A stretch of 64,000 nucleotides of DNA from Nonlabens sp. (lineage in GTDB: Bacteria > Bacteroidota > Bacteroidia > Flavobacteriales > Flavobacteriaceae): positions 706,388 to 770,387 of the forward strand of contig NZ_JAGYKG010000001.1 in the NCBI RefSeq assembly GCF_018401815.1. Direction: 5' to 3'. Positions 38,236-49,365 of this stretch are shown here, one piece after another. The notes under the pieces were generated by a model, which ran no database searches, had not been told where the DNA came from, and saw only the letters and a program-made list of their open reading frames with translations. Position numbers and translations under genes: made by a program. Position 1 is the stretch's first letter; the number at the start of each line of letters is the position of its first letter.

Positions 38236-38892
38236 TTACATGTTCAAATATTTATTCAAATAATCGGATCTTTCTTTTAAAGTATCTAGGTAGGAGTCTT
38301 CTTCTGCTGCACTAACAATCTCATAATTGTACCTTCTGAAAGTTTGAAGAACAGCATTTAATTTTTGCGAGCTCAGTTTTAAAGTAATTTCAGATAAATG
38401 ATCTTTATAAGCACTCACAAAACACCCATAGATCTTGGAATCATTAGACTCGACTATTTGTGCCACCTCGCTAAAACTATAATCCGTAGATCCTTTTTGT
38501 AGAACTACAACAGCTCCTGACTCAAACATAAAAGGAGCATCGTTAAAGAATTCCATAATATCTTTAAGTTCGTAATACCCTAGGTACTCCTTATTCTCTC
38601 CCAACACGGGCATGATGTTCGATTGATTTTGAGCAAATGCTACCAAAATATCCAACCAGTGAGTGTCTTCTTTGACATGAAATACCGTGAAGGTGTATTT
38701 AACAACTTCTAGTGTTTGATCTGGCTCAAAGCAATGAGCATCATTCTCAGAAAGACATCCTATATAATACCCATTTTCTAAAATAGGAACATGAGAATAG
38801 GTGAGTTGAGTAAATATTTCTTGTGCTTTACACATCTGAGATTTGATGTCTAAAGGATCAACATCGTTAATGATATATTGATGGATATTCAT
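38236..38892 (-). CDS. CBS-domain protein
   Basis: Paired CBS domains followed by an ACT-like C-terminus; conserved upstream of nadK. Confidence 0.8.
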   Translation of the reverse strand: MNIHQYIINDVDPLDIKSQMCKAQEIFTQLTYSHVPILENGYYIGCLSENDAHCFEPDQTLEVVKYTFTVFHVKEDTHWLDILVAFAQNQSNIMPVLGENKEYLGYYELKDIMEFFNDAPFMFESGAVVVLQKGSTDYSFSEVAQIVESNDSKIYGCFVSAYKDHLSEITLKLSSQKLNAVLQTFRRYNYEIVSAAEEDSYLDTLKERSDYLNKYLNM

Positions 38893-38976
38893 TGAAATGA
38901 AGTTTATTGCAAATTAATCAATTCTTGACTTATGCGTCTGACCTAATCCTTTGTATTTTTGAAAAAAAAATTGAGT

Positions 38977-39690
38977 ATGGCGATTTTAAGTGTAAATGTC
39001 AATAAAATAGCAACCTTACGTAATTCTAGAGGTGGTGATGTGCCTAATTTAATAAAAGTAGCTATTGATCTAGAACGTTTTGGTGCACAAGGAATCACTA
39101 TTCACCCCAGGCCAGATGAGCGTCATATCAGATATCAAGACGCTCGAGATCTTAAAAAGGTGGTGCAAACAGAACTGAATATAGAAGGCAACCCCATTGA
39201 AAGTTTTATCAAGTTAGTGGACGAGGTTCAACCTGCACAAGTAACTCTAGTTCCCGACGGACCCGACGCACTTACTTCTAACGCAGGATGGGACACGATT
39301 AAACACCAAGATTTTCTTACAAAAATGGTAAACCATTTTAAAGACCAAGGAATACGCACCAGTATCTTTGTGGATCCTGTCATCGAAATGATAGAGGGAG
39401 CGGCACGCACTGGAGTAGACCGAATTGAACTCTACACCGAAGATTTTGCTAGAATGTATCCTAAGGACAAGGACAAAGCAATTGCTCCCTACCTAAAAGC
39501 CGTAACTAGAGCTACTGAACTAGGGCTAGGAATTAACGCTGGTCATGACTTATCTCTAGAAAACATTAAATTCTTTAAAGAACAAATTCCAGATTTAATA
39601 GAAGTCTCTATAGGTCATGCCTTGATATCAGAAAGTATTTACCTAGGCCTAGAAAATGTGGTCAACATGTACAAAGCAAAACTCGCATAA
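38977..39690 (+). CDS. pdxJ: Pyridoxine 5'-phosphate synthase
   Basis: [31 protein letters not shown] and EVSIGH; start refined to MAIL. Confidence 0.96.
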   Translation: MAILSVNVNKIATLRNSRGGDVPNLIKVAIDLERFGAQGITIHPRPDERHIRYQDARDLKKVVQTELNIEGNPIESFIKLVDEVQPAQVTLVPDGPDALTSNAGWDTIKHQDFLTKMVNHFKDQGIRTSIFVDPVIEMIEGAARTGVDRIELYTEDFARMYPKDKDKAIAPYLKAVTRATELGLGINAGHDLSLENIKFFKEQIPDLIEVSIGHALISESIYLGLENVVNMYKAKLA

Positions 39691-40451
39691 TGCTACACTC
39701 TATAATTTTAGGAAAAGGACAGCCTTTTCTAATCCTACATGGATTTTTAGGAATGGCAGATAACTGGAAGACTCTTGGCGCTAAATGGAGTGAAAATGGG
39801 TATGAAGTTCACCTTATAGACCAGCGCAATCATGGAAGAAGCCCGCACAGTGAAAGCTTTAGTTACAAAATCATGGCTCAAGATATTAAAGAGTATTGTG
39901 ACGCTCATCAACTTAAAAACATCATACTTTTAGGACACAGCATGGGTGGTAAAGTAGCGATGAAATTTGCGACCCTTTATGAATCTTATCTTGATAAACT
40001 CATCATTGCAGATATCGCCCCTAAAGAATACCCTCCACATCATAGTGACATCATCAACGGCTTGAGAAGTATCAACTTTGATACCGTCAAATCTCGCAAT
40101 GATGCCGATAAAATATTAGGGAAGGTGATTCCTGATTTTGGTACACGCCAGTTTTTACTTAAAAGTCTCTATAGAGTGGATAAAAATAGATATGGGTGGC
40201 GTTTTAATTTAAAAGTTCTAGGCGCAGCGCAAGATCAAGTAGGCACTCATGAACCTATTGTTACTAGCTTACATACGCCTACTCTATTTATAAGAGGCGG
40301 GAATTCTGGATATATATTAGACAGTGATATGATGCTTATAGAGCACGCTTTCGCGAAAGCGGAATTAAAAACAATAGAAGGCGCAGGGCATTGGCTTCAT
40401 GCCGAGAAACCTGAAGAATTTTACTCCTGCGTTGAAGATTTCCTAGCCTAA
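39690..40451 (+). CDS. Alpha/beta-hydrolase (YbfF-like esterase)
   Basis: HGFLG, DQRNHG.S, GHSMGG and AGHWLH. Confidence 0.9.
   Translation: MLHSIILGKGQPFLILHGFLGMADNWKTLGAKWSENGYEVHLIDQRNHGRSPHSESFSYKIMAQDIKEYCDAHQLKNIILLGHSMGGKVAMKFATLYESYLDKLIIADIAPKEYPPHHSDIINGLRSINFDTVKSRNDADKILGKVIPDFGTRQFLLKSLYRVDKNRYGWRFNLKVLGAAQDQVGTHEPIVTSLHTPTLFIRGGNSGYILDSDMMLIEHAFAKAELKTIEGAGHWLHAEKPEEFYSCVEDFLA
40347..40360. repeat. Palindrome in esterase (AFAKA)
   Basis: Read directly. Confidence 0.9.
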
Positions 40452-40555
40452 AGTTTATTATGCTTGCACAATAATAAACGAAAACGCTTGCGTAATATTA
40501 AATTAATATTAAATTTGAAAATTACAAATTTAACTTACCTTACAAACCTCTGATT

Positions 40556-41806
40556 ATGAACAAAATAAAAGTTTTTGTTGTTCTTTGTTTGATTTCTACT
40601 TTTGCGTATGCAGGAGGGTATCGTGTTAGCACACAAAGTAACAAGCAATTAGCAATGGGACATACCGGTGTTGCCGTTGTGAACAGTGCTGACGTGCTAT
40701 TTTTCAACCCAGCTGGAATTGTCCATTTGGAAAATAAATTGAATATAAGTGCTGGTGGATTCGGCGTTTTTTCTGATGTGAAATTTCAAAATGAAGATTT
40801 TGGAACTTTTTCTGAAACAGATAGTCCAACAGGAACTCCGGTTTATCTTTACGCAACCTACAAAGTAACAGAAGACTTTGCAGTAGGTTTAGGGGTATAC
40901 ACTCCTTATGGTAGTAATGTTACGTGGCCTACAGATTGGTCTGGTTCACATTTAGTGAACGAGATTGAATTAAGTGCTATTTTCATACAACCTACTTTAT
41001 CTTATCAATTATTTGATAGTGTAAGTATAGGTGGTGGACCTATCCTAGCAATAGGTGGCGTTAACTTTAATAGAAATGCCAGCAGAACCCTTACTGATGA
41101 AGAAGGAGATCGTTCTAATATAGAAATTGACGATACAGGAATTACAGCATGGGGTTGGTCGGCAGGACTTATGTTTACGCCAGACGATAGATTTACATTA
41201 GGTATTAACTACCGCTCTCTAATTGATGTGGAAAGCACAGAAGGAACAGCAACATTTTCTGATTTCCCGACAAGTACATTGACTCCAGCAAATGGAGAAA
41301 CAGGTTTTACAGCTACTTTACCATTACCTGCTGAACTTACCGTAGGGGTATCCTATAAATGGGACAAACTCTTACTTGCTTTTGATTACAACAGAGCCAT
41401 GTGGAGTGAGTACAATAGCTTAGACCTAGAGTTTGGTAACGGGGCAACCTCTATTAACCCAAGAAATTACAAGGATTCATCTACCTGGAGATTAGGGGCT
41501 CAATATACGGCAACTGAAAAACTTACCGTAAGAGCTGGATACTACTTTGATGAATCCCCGGTGCAATCTGGTTATTTTGCTCCAGAAACACCAAGAAACG
41601 ACTCTAATGGTTACACTTTTGGTCTTTCATACCAAGTATCTCCTAAATTATCTATTGATGGATCCATACTTTACCTTAAATTTAAAGAGATTACAGAATC
41701 ATATGACTTCTTTTCTGATACAGGGTCTCCTGTACCAGCTCCATTTGAAGGAACGTACAAGTCATCGGCATTCATAGCTGGTCTAGGTATAACTTATAGC
41801 ATGTAA
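40556..41806 (+). CDS. FadL/TodX family outer-membrane transporter
   Basis: Q..KQLAMGH.G, FFNPAG, YTPYGS and R.GYYFDESP motifs. Confidence 0.85.
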   Translation: MNKIKVFVVLCLISTFAYAGGYRVSTQSNKQLAMGHTGVAVVNSADVLFFNPAGIVHLENKLNISAGGFGVFSDVKFQNEDFGTFSETDSPTGTPVYLYATYKVTEDFAVGLGVYTPYGSNVTWPTDWSGSHLVNEIELSAIFIQPTLSYQLFDSVSIGGGPILAIGGVNFNRNASRTLTDEEGDRSNIEIDDTGITAWGWSAGLMFTPDDRFTLGINYRSLIDVESTEGTATFSDFPTSTLTPANGETGFTATLPLPAELTVGVSYKWDKLLLAFDYNRAMWSEYNSLDLEFGNGATSINPRNYKDSSTWRLGAQYTATEKLTVRAGYYFDESPVQSGYFAPETPRNDSNGYTFGLSYQVSPKLSIDGSILYLKFKEITESYDFFSDTGSPVPAPFEGTYKSSAFIAGLGITYSM

Positions 41807-41818
41807 AAAAATACAAAA

Positions 41819-43336
41819 ATGAAAAAATTAAATATAAAATTAATCCCCCTTTTTATTGCAAGTATAGCAATATTAAGTTGTGAGGAAGACTTTGACAACG
41901 ATATCCAAGACGGTGGTGTTTACACTGCTGGAGAAGCTGACTTCTCTAAATACGTAACTGTTGGTAACTCGCTTACTGCTGGATATGCTGATGGATCTCT
42001 ATACCTCAACGGTCAATTAAATTCCTACCCAAATATTATTGCTGGACAAATGCAATTTGCTGGTGGCGGAGAATTTAATCAACCTTTAGTAAATGATAAC
42101 ACTGGTGGTATGCTTGCCAATGGCGTGCAGATTTTACCAAATCGGCTTGTGCTTGCCTCTGATGGAATGGGCGCTCCAGCTGGACCAGCTCGCTATACCG
42201 GTGCTGCTCCAACTACAGACATAATCAATAAGGTAACTGGGCCATTGAACAACTTCGGTGTTCCTGGTGCAAGAGTATTTCACCTTGCTGCTCCAGGATA
42301 CGGATCTTTATCAGGTGTAAATACGGGTACGGCAAACCCATATTACGCACGTTTTTCTAGCTCCGAAACTTCTACGGTAATAGGAGACGCTACTGCTGCA
42401 AATGCCACATTCTTTACCTTATGGATAGGGAATAACGACATTCTTGGTTATGCTACTAGTGGTGGTGCAGGAGTTGATAATAATGAATTAAATATAGTAG
42501 ATCCTGCCATGCAAGGCGAAAATAGCATTACTAATAACTTGGTTTTTGGAGGAGTGTATCAACAACTAGTTGCTGGCCTGATGGCAAACGGTGCCAAAGG
42601 TGCATTGGTAAATATTCCAGACGTTACTTCTATTCCATATTTTACAACAGTACCTCCTAACCCTATTCCTTTGGATGGACCTACAGCGGCTTTTGTGAAT
42701 TCAAATTACGCCCAATACAACGGTGGGTTACAACTTGCTGCGGCAAATGGTTTGATAACAGCAACCGAGGCAGCTCAAAGAACAATTAATTTTAGTGCGG
42801 GTCAAAATTTTGTGGTGATGGTAGATAACGACTTAACTGACATTTCTGGGTCTCCTATCCCTCTGCCTAACTGGAGACAAACTACCTCAAACGATCTTAT
42901 CGTTTTTACAGCTGCAGGAGTTTTAGGAACACTTGCTGATCCTTCAAACCCAGCATCTGTTATAGGGGTAGGCGTTCCTTTGACTAATCAACAAGTACTT
43001 ACAACTACAGAACAAGCTAGGGTCACTAATGCACAACAATCCTATAATGCCACCATTGAAGCTCTTGCTGCTGCTAATGGGTTGGCTTATGTAGATGCTC
43101 GTGCTTCCCTTTCACAAGTGGCTACTACAGGAGTTCCTTTTAATGGAGGGTTGTTAACTTCTACTTACGCTACTGGTGGTGGCTTCTCTCTTGATGGAGT
43201 GCACCCTACGGCTAGAGGCTATGCTTTTACTGCTAATGTGATCATTGATGCTATCAATGCGCAATACGGCGCTACCCTTCCTAAAGTAGATATAGGAGCT
43301 TATTCCACCATTCAATTAAGTGATACCGTTCAATAA
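41819..43336 (+). CDS. SGNH/GDSL-like hydrolase lipoprotein
   Basis: Lipobox ILS-C-EED; GNSLTAG (block I), WIGNND (block III) and DGVHP (block V). Confidence 0.85.
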   Translation: MKKLNIKLIPLFIASIAILSCEEDFDNDIQDGGVYTAGEADFSKYVTVGNSLTAGYADGSLYLNGQLNSYPNIIAGQMQFAGGGEFNQPLVNDNTGGMLANGVQILPNRLVLASDGMGAPAGPARYTGAAPTTDIINKVTGPLNNFGVPGARVFHLAAPGYGSLSGVNTGTANPYYARFSSSETSTVIGDATAANATFFTLWIGNNDILGYATSGGAGVDNNELNIVDPAMQGENSITNNLVFGGVYQQLVAGLMANGAKGALVNIPDVTSIPYFTTVPPNPIPLDGPTAAFVNSNYAQYNGGLQLAAANGLITATEAAQRTINFSAGQNFVVMVDNDLTDISGSPIPLPNWRQTTSNDLIVFTAAGVLGTLADPSNPASVIGVGVPLTNQQVLTTTEQARVTNAQQSYNATIEALAAANGLAYVDARASLSQVATTGVPFNGGLLTSTYATGGGFSLDGVHPTARGYAFTANVIIDAINAQYGATLPKVDIGAYSTIQLSDTVQ

Positions 43337-43357
43337 ATAAAATAAAACTTATTTAAG

Positions 43358-43392
43358 AATCTGCTGAGGACTCGTTCTTCAGCAGATTTTTT
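43358..43392 (+). terminator. Intrinsic terminator
   Basis: AATCTGCTGAGGA..TTCTTCAGCAGATT followed by a T-tract. Confidence 0.75.
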
Positions 43393-43415
43393 ATTTTTAC
43401 AGAAACCTCTTAGTT

Positions 43416-43766
43416 ATGAAGTTCATTATAAAATTACTGCTCACGGCTGCTTTGGTAATGGGCCTTTCTGAAATATTACCAGGTATAGCAACCACAGATT
43501 ATGCAAGTGCCATTATGGTAGCACTTTCCTTGTCTATTCTTAATTTTATAGTAAAACCAGTATTAGTACTTCTTACGTTACCTATAACCATGGTCACCTT
43601 AGGCCTTTTTTTATTAATGATTAATGTGATTATCATATTTCTTGCTGACTTGCTAGTCACAGGTTTTGAAGTAACCAGTATTTTCTGGGCACTTATTTTT
43701 TCGTTATTACTTGCTTTTGCTAGGTCGGTTTTATTTAAAGTGTTAGATAAGGAGGAGGAAAAATAA
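43416..43766 (+). CDS. YvlD/Phage_holin_4_2 family membrane protein
   Basis: N.IVKPVL..LTLPIT..TLGLF...N motif; four TM segments. Confidence 0.85.
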   Translation: MKFIIKLLLTAALVMGLSEILPGIATTDYASAIMVALSLSILNFIVKPVLVLLTLPITMVTLGLFLLMINVIIIFLADLLVTGFEVTSIFWALIFSLLLAFARSVLFKVLDKEEEK

Positions 43767-44145
43767 ACCCTTGGAGCAAAACGCCTGCTTTACCATACAA
43801 GCCAAATAATAACTAGATAGATCAACTAAAGGCTTCTATCGAATTGCTATTTCTAAAAAGTCCTTTGGAGATTTTCAAGCGAGTGGTTAGTTAAAACAGA
43901 TGTATTGAAAAGAAGATACCCTTAAGGATTTATTAGGTAATAAAAAGTCCAGCCAATCTTTAAACCCTAATTCAAGAAATAAAATCCCGTAACTTTAGCT
44001 TAGACTTGAAAACCAATTACTCTAAATGCCTTAGACTGTTTGTCAAAGTAACTGGATAAGTAAACCCAATAAATAAACGTTTTGATAACTAGTAAATAAA
44101 GCCTAATTTTGCAGCCCAATTTTAACAGCATATAAAAGTCTTTCA

Positions 44146-45474
44146 ATGAACATTAAACGTACTGACATTGACGCGCTTAACGCGACACTTACACTAGATA
44201 TCACCAAAGCAGATTATCAGGGCCAAGTAGATAAGATCTTAACAGACTATCGGAAGACAGCAACTATTCCAGGTTTTAGAAAAGGACATGTTCCTGTGAG
44301 CCTGATTAATAAAAAATACCGTATACCCGTGCTAGTCGAGGAAATCAATAAAATGATCCAATCGCAACTTAATGAATACATTACAAAGGAAAAATTAAAC
44401 CTATTAGGGAACCCACTGCCTAAAGCTCAAGAAGACATCAACTGGGAAGAAGATGACTTCACATTTGAGTTTGAATTGGGCTTTGCTCCAGAATTTGACG
44501 TAGATGTAAAAGGCAAAAAAGCAATTACACAATACGAAATCAAAACAGACGATAAAACAATCAACAGTCAGATCGATCGCGTACGTGAAAACTATGGTAA
44601 GTTAATTGCAAAGAAAGAAGTTGCCGAAGGAAATGAAATCACTGGAGTTTTCAAAAATGAAGACCAAGGTATCCAAGCAGGCGCTACTTTCTCTACTTCA
44701 AAAATTAAAGGAAAAAGCAATCTCAAGAAGTTTATAGGAGCTAAAGTTGGAGACACTTTAGAACTGAAAACAAAAGGCCTTTTTGCCGATGATCAGGATT
44801 TGGTGACGTATTTTAAAATAGAAGAAGAAAAAGCAAAAGGACTTGACACTGCCGTAACTTTTGAAATCACCGAAATAAATGAGCGTGAGAAAGCAGCGTT
44901 GAACCAAGAGTTCTATAACAAGCTTTTTGGACCTAGTGTTATCAAAAGTGAAGAGGAATTAAGAGAAAAACTACGTGAAGATGCCGCAAAGCAATTTGGT
45001 CAGCAAACCGATCAAAAGCTATTAACTGATATCACAGAAGCGCTTATTGCCAATACCAAATTTGATTTACCGGCAGACTTCTTGACCAGATGGATTGCTA
45101 GTAATGGTGAGAATGAATTCACCCCAGAAGAAGCTGCAGAAGAGTACAAACGTTCTGAAAAAGGATTGAGGTACCAGTTAATTGAATCTGCTATTGTGAA
45201 GAACAATGAAGAGTTACAACTTAAGCTGGAAGACCTACAAGAGTATTCTCGTAGCATGATACGCACACAAATGGCACAATACGGTCATATGGATGCCACT
45301 GATGAAGAGGTAGATCAAGTAGTTGCCCGAATCATGAGTAATCAAGACGAAGTAAAACGCATGAGTGAGCAACTTCAAAATGAAAAAATATTGAAGTTTT
45401 TTAAAGAAAACGCGAAGCTTAAAAAGAAAGAATTGACTTACGAAGAATTCATTAAAGAGGCCTACAAAGTTTAA
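44146..45474 (+). CDS. tig: Trigger factor
   Basis: IPGFRKGHVP ribosome-binding signature; upstream of clpPX. Confidence 0.95.
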   Translation: MNIKRTDIDALNATLTLDITKADYQGQVDKILTDYRKTATIPGFRKGHVPVSLINKKYRIPVLVEEINKMIQSQLNEYITKEKLNLLGNPLPKAQEDINWEEDDFTFEFELGFAPEFDVDVKGKKAITQYEIKTDDKTINSQIDRVRENYGKLIAKKEVAEGNEITGVFKNEDQGIQAGATFSTSKIKGKSNLKKFIGAKVGDTLELKTKGLFADDQDLVTYFKIEEEKAKGLDTAVTFEITEINEREKAALNQEFYNKLFGPSVIKSEEELREKLREDAAKQFGQQTDQKLLTDITEALIANTKFDLPADFLTRWIASNGENEFTPEEAAEEYKRSEKGLRYQLIESAIVKNNEELQLKLEDLQEYSRSMIRTQMAQYGHMDATDEEVDQVVARIMSNQDEVKRMSEQLQNEKILKFFKENAKLKKKELTYEEFIKEAYKV

Positions 45475-45566
45475 TATAGTCCTGTCAATAATTCATATAT
45501 TTAGGCGTCGACTATTTTATCACTTAGTTAACGCCTTTTTTATTCAATACACAGTAATATTACCAC

Positions 45567-46241
45567 ATGGATATATCTAAAGAATTTGAGAAATTTGCCG
45601 TAAAAGATCAAGGAGTAAATCCTATGTATTACGATAAAATAATGGGTGCGATGTACCCAACTAACCTGACTCCTAACATCATTGAAGAGCGCCAAATGAA
45701 TGTGGTTGCGATGGACGTGTTTTCACGTTTAATGATGGACCGTATTATTTTTATGGGTCAAGGAGTAAACGATCAAGTAGCAAACATTATACAAGCACAA
45801 CTGCTTTTTTTAGAAAGTGCAGATGCTAACAAAGACATACAGATCTACATCAACTCGCCAGGCGGTAGCGTTTACGCAGGACTTGGAATTTATGACACCA
45901 TGCAGTTTATAAAACCAGACGTAGCTACTATTTGCACCGGTATGGCGGCGAGTATGGGGGCTGTTTTATTATGTGCTGGTGCTGCAGGAAAACGTAGCGC
46001 TTTGCCGCACAGTCGTGTGATGATTCACCAAGTGTCTAGTGGTGCACAAGGTCAAGCAAGTGATATTGAAATTACCGCTCGAGAAGTAGTGAAGTTAAGA
46101 GAAGAATTGTACAACATTATTGCACAACACTCTGGACAAACCTACGATAAAGTATATTCAGACTCTGATCGTGATTACTGGATGAAATCAGATGAGGCTA
46201 AGGAATACGGGATGATCGATGAGGTTTTAAGAAGAAGTTAA
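45567..46241 (+). CDS. clpP: ATP-dependent Clp protease proteolytic subunit
   Basis: YINSPGG, AASMG, SRVMIHQ and DRD.W. Confidence 0.97.
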   Translation: MDISKEFEKFAVKDQGVNPMYYDKIMGAMYPTNLTPNIIEERQMNVVAMDVFSRLMMDRIIFMGQGVNDQVANIIQAQLLFLESADANKDIQIYINSPGGSVYAGLGIYDTMQFIKPDVATICTGMAASMGAVLLCAGAAGKRSALPHSRVMIHQVSSGAQGQASDIEITAREVVKLREELYNIIAQHSGQTYDKVYSDSDRDYWMKSDEAKEYGMIDEVLRRS

Positions 46242-46306
46242 TTCCTTTCACAAAAGCCTAAATCCCTTAAAAATAATTTGAGATCAACGCTATTTATGGT
46301 AGTTCC

Positions 46307-46320
46307 GCTTTCGCGAAAGC
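46307..46320. repeat. Palindrome, intergenic (clpP-clpX)
   Basis: Read directly; extends as CCGCTTTCGCGAAAGCGG. Confidence 0.9.
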
Positions 46321-46425
46321 GGTAAAAAATAAATTGCCTGATCCTAGACCATGACGGCCGTTCTAATTTTAAAACAGATGCCTACTTTTTAAAAGACAAC
46401 GTGCCCCGTGTCAAAAACAATATTT

Positions 46426-47661
46426 ATGAGTAAAGAACAACTAGAATGTAGTTTTTGTGGACGCAATAAAGCAGAGACCAACTTGCTTATCGCAGGATTA
46501 GATGCACATATTTGTGACCGCTGCATCGAGCAGGCTCATGGAATAGTTTTAGAAGACACTTCAGTAGAACAAACAGGTGTTTCTAATGCAGAGTTAGAAC
46601 TCAAAAAACCAAAAGCCATAAAAGCTTTTCTTGACGAATACATTATAGGTCAGGATTTTACGAAAAAAGTGATGTCAGTAGCCGTTTATAACCACTATAA
46701 AAGACTGTTACAAAAAAATACGGATGACGACGTAGAGATACAGAAATCCAATATCATGATGGTAGGGCAAACTGGGACTGGTAAAACGCTTATTGCAAAG
46801 ACCATTGCTAGAATGCTTAATGTCCCCCTTGCTATTGTAGACGCCACAGTGTTGACCGAAGCGGGCTATGTAGGAGAAGATGTAGAAAGTATTTTAACCA
46901 GATTATTACAAGCTGCCGATTATAACCTAGAAAAAGCACAGACTGGGATTGTCTTTATAGATGAAATTGATAAAATTGCTCGTAAGAGCGATAACCCATC
47001 CATCACCAGAGATGTCTCTGGTGAAGGAGTACAACAAGGTTTATTAAAATTATTAGAAGGAACGGTTGTCAACGTACCACCTAAAGGTGGACGAAAACAT
47101 CCAGACCAGAAGTTTATTGAAGTCAACACAGAAAACATCTTGTTTATCGCAGGTGGCGCTTTTGACGGTATCGAAAAAGTCATACAAAAACGTATGAACA
47201 TGCAGGCCGTAGGTTTTAGTGCAAGTATGTCTAATGATGGAGTGATTGAAAAAGACAACTTATTACAATACATCATCCCTAAAGACATCAAAGATTTTGG
47301 TATGATTCCAGAAATTATAGGGCGTCTTCCTGTATTGACTCATATGAATCCATTGGACGCTAAGACGTTAAGAGCTATTCTTACAGAACCTAAAAACGCC
47401 ATCATCAAGCAATACAAAAAGCTTTTTGAAATGGACCACATCGACTTTAGCATAACCGATGAGGCACTCACCTTTATAGTAGAACGAGCTATTGAATACA
47501 AACTTGGAGCACGTGGTTTGAGATCTTTATGTGAAGCCATTCTAACCGACGCTATGTTTGATATGCCCGGAAGCGATGAGAATAAACTAGAGGTCAGTAA
47601 AATTTATGCTGAGTCAAAACTCAACAAAAACACTATTCAAAAATTAAAAGCAGTGAGTTAA
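46426..47661 (+). CDS. clpX: ATP-dependent Clp protease ATP-binding subunit
   Basis: CSFC..ICDRC Zn finger, [19 protein letters not shown] and GARGLR; start refined to MSKEQ. Confidence 0.97.
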   Translation: MSKEQLECSFCGRNKAETNLLIAGLDAHICDRCIEQAHGIVLEDTSVEQTGVSNAELELKKPKAIKAFLDEYIIGQDFTKKVMSVAVYNHYKRLLQKNTDDDVEIQKSNIMMVGQTGTGKTLIAKTIARMLNVPLAIVDATVLTEAGYVGEDVESILTRLLQAADYNLEKAQTGIVFIDEIDKIARKSDNPSITRDVSGEGVQQGLLKLLEGTVVNVPPKGGRKHPDQKFIEVNTENILFIAGGAFDGIEKVIQKRMNMQAVGFSASMSNDGVIEKDNLLQYIIPKDIKDFGMIPEIIGRLPVLTHMNPLDAKTLRAILTEPKNAIIKQYKKLFEMDHIDFSITDEALTFIVERAIEYKLGARGLRSLCEAILTDAMFDMPGSDENKLEVSKIYAESKLNKNTIQKLKAVS

Positions 47662-47682
47662 ATTTCCCCTATAATCCAATAC

Positions 47683-47722
47683 AACTATCCTTTGTCCTTT
47701 ATAATGTAAAGGATAGTTTTTT
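47683..47722 (+). terminator. Intrinsic terminator after clpX
   Basis: AACTATCCTTT...AAAGGATAGTT plus a T-tract. Confidence 0.65.
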
Positions 47723-47742
47723 TAGTAGGCAATCATCTTAAA

Positions 47743-49365
47743 TTGCACAGGTTAAATAAACTAGTGAAAAAACATCTCATACATATTCTAATCCTCCTTC
47801 TGTTAGCCATCACTTTAGTGCAATGTGCTAAAAGAGGTCAACCCACTGGTGGTCCTGTAGATGAAACACCACCCGTAATTTTACGTGCTTATCCTGATAA
47901 CTATACCCGAAATTTTAAGAATCAGATTATTGAAATTCAGTTTGACGAATTTGTTAAACTCAAAGATTTACAAAAACAACTGGTGATCTCACCTCCTTTG
48001 AAGACGCGACCAATAATTACTCCTCAAGGAAGTCCTGCAAAAAAAATAACCATACAAATAACCGACACTTTAAAAGACAACACCACCTATGTTCTTAATT
48101 TTGGGCAAAGTATTGTAGACCATAACGAAGAGAATCCTTATCCATTTTACAAATACGTCTTCAGTACTGGTAAAGTGATCGATTCCTTAACCCTAAAAGG
48201 TAAAATATCAGACGCACTTCAATTTGAGGCTGACGAATTTGTCAACGTACTGCTTTACGAATTCAATGAAACGTACACCGATAGCATTATTTATAAAGAA
48301 TCGCCTCGATATGTGCTCAATACTTTAGATAGCCTGACGACGTTCACCATGGAAAATCTCAAAGAAGGGACTTATAAAATGGTCGCTCTAAAAGAAGAAA
48401 ATAGCGACTTGCGTTTTGACCCTTTAAGAGATAAAATGGGTTTTGTGTCTGAAACAATCAAGGTTCCTAGTGACAACGTTTATGAACTTAAAATGTACCG
48501 ACAAGAACTTGACCCTAGCATTAAAAAAATCACTCAAGAAGCGCAGTCCAAACTCTATGTAGGGTACACAGGTAATGTGAAAAACCTGAAAATCAACTCA
48601 ATAGAAAAAAACCTGATTACACAAAGCCGACTCACCCAACTAGATAAAGCAGACACTTTACAATATTGGTATCTACCTGTATTGCAACAAGATTCCTTGA
48701 TGCTTTCTAGCATTTTAAACGAAGAGGTGCAGGAATTTAAGGTGCGTTTAAAAGAGCTTAAAAAAGATAGTTTAACACTGAGAAAGGAAAACGATTTCTC
48801 TTTAAGAAATCCTGCTAGCTTTAGCGCTTCCACTCCAATTGAAGAGCTTGATAGCGGATTTATAAAGCTTATTGATAAAGACAGTATACCACTTTCATTT
48901 ACTACGAGACTGGACCGTCTTAAAAACCGAAGTTACATCGATTTTGAAAGAAAGGAAGAACAGCGATACCATCTTCGCCTTTTTCCAGGTGCAGTAACAG
49001 ATTTCTACGGAGAGAAAAACTCGGACACCTTAAGTTACAATTTTAACACATTAAAATCTACACAATTAGGCAACTTTAGTATCACCCTTAAAGGCGGCAG
49101 TTCTTTTCCTGTTATCATCCAGGTGACTAAAAAAGACCTTAGCGTAGAAGCTGAAGTGGTGGCAAGTGAAAATGGAACTTATGATATCTTTTATCTCAAC
49201 CCTGGAGAGTATTATATAAGAGTCATTTACGATACCAACGCTAACGGAAAATACGACCCTGGTAATTTTTTAAAAGGCCTACAACCTGAAGAGGTGGTTT
49301 ACAATCCTGAGTTGATCAAATTACAAGCCAACTGGGATAGAAACTATACGCTTAATTTAAAGTAA
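47743..49365 (+). CDS. Ig-like (Big_5-type) domain lipoprotein
   Basis: VQ-C-AKRGQPTGGP.DETPP, FDEFVKL, YVFSTG and C-terminal D.N.NG.YDPG. The true start is probably a few codons downstream. Confidence 0.8.
   Translation: MHRLNKLVKKHLIHILILLLLAITLVQCAKRGQPTGGPVDETPPVILRAYPDNYTRNFKNQIIEIQFDEFVKLKDLQKQLVISPPLKTRPIITPQGSPAKKITIQITDTLKDNTTYVLNFGQSIVDHNEENPYPFYKYVFSTGKVIDSLTLKGKISDALQFEADEFVNVLLYEFNETYTDSIIYKESPRYVLNTLDSLTTFTMENLKEGTYKMVALKEENSDLRFDPLRDKMGFVSETIKVPSDNVYELKMYRQELDPSIKKITQEAQSKLYVGYTGNVKNLKINSIEKNLITQSRLTQLDKADTLQYWYLPVLQQDSLMLSSILNEEVQEFKVRLKELKKDSLTLRKENDFSLRNPASFSASTPIEELDSGFIKLIDKDSIPLSFTTRLDRLKNRSYIDFERKEEQRYHLRLFPGAVTDFYGEKNSDTLSYNFNTLKSTQLGNFSITLKGGSSFPVIIQVTKKDLSVEAEVVASENGTYDIFYLNPGEYYIRVIYDTNANGKYDPGNFLKGLQPEEVVYNPELIKLQANWDRNYTLNLK

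Noticed and set aside
43416-43766. Holin as a prophage marker
   Set aside because: The YvlD-type family is common in chromosomal contexts; there is no endolysin or structural gene, and it lies next to tig.
43767-44145. Long intergenic regions (also 1236-1585, 19081-19286, 27511-27816) as RNA genes
   Set aside because: No tRNA cloverleaf, riboswitch consensus or convincing extended pairing was found by eye.
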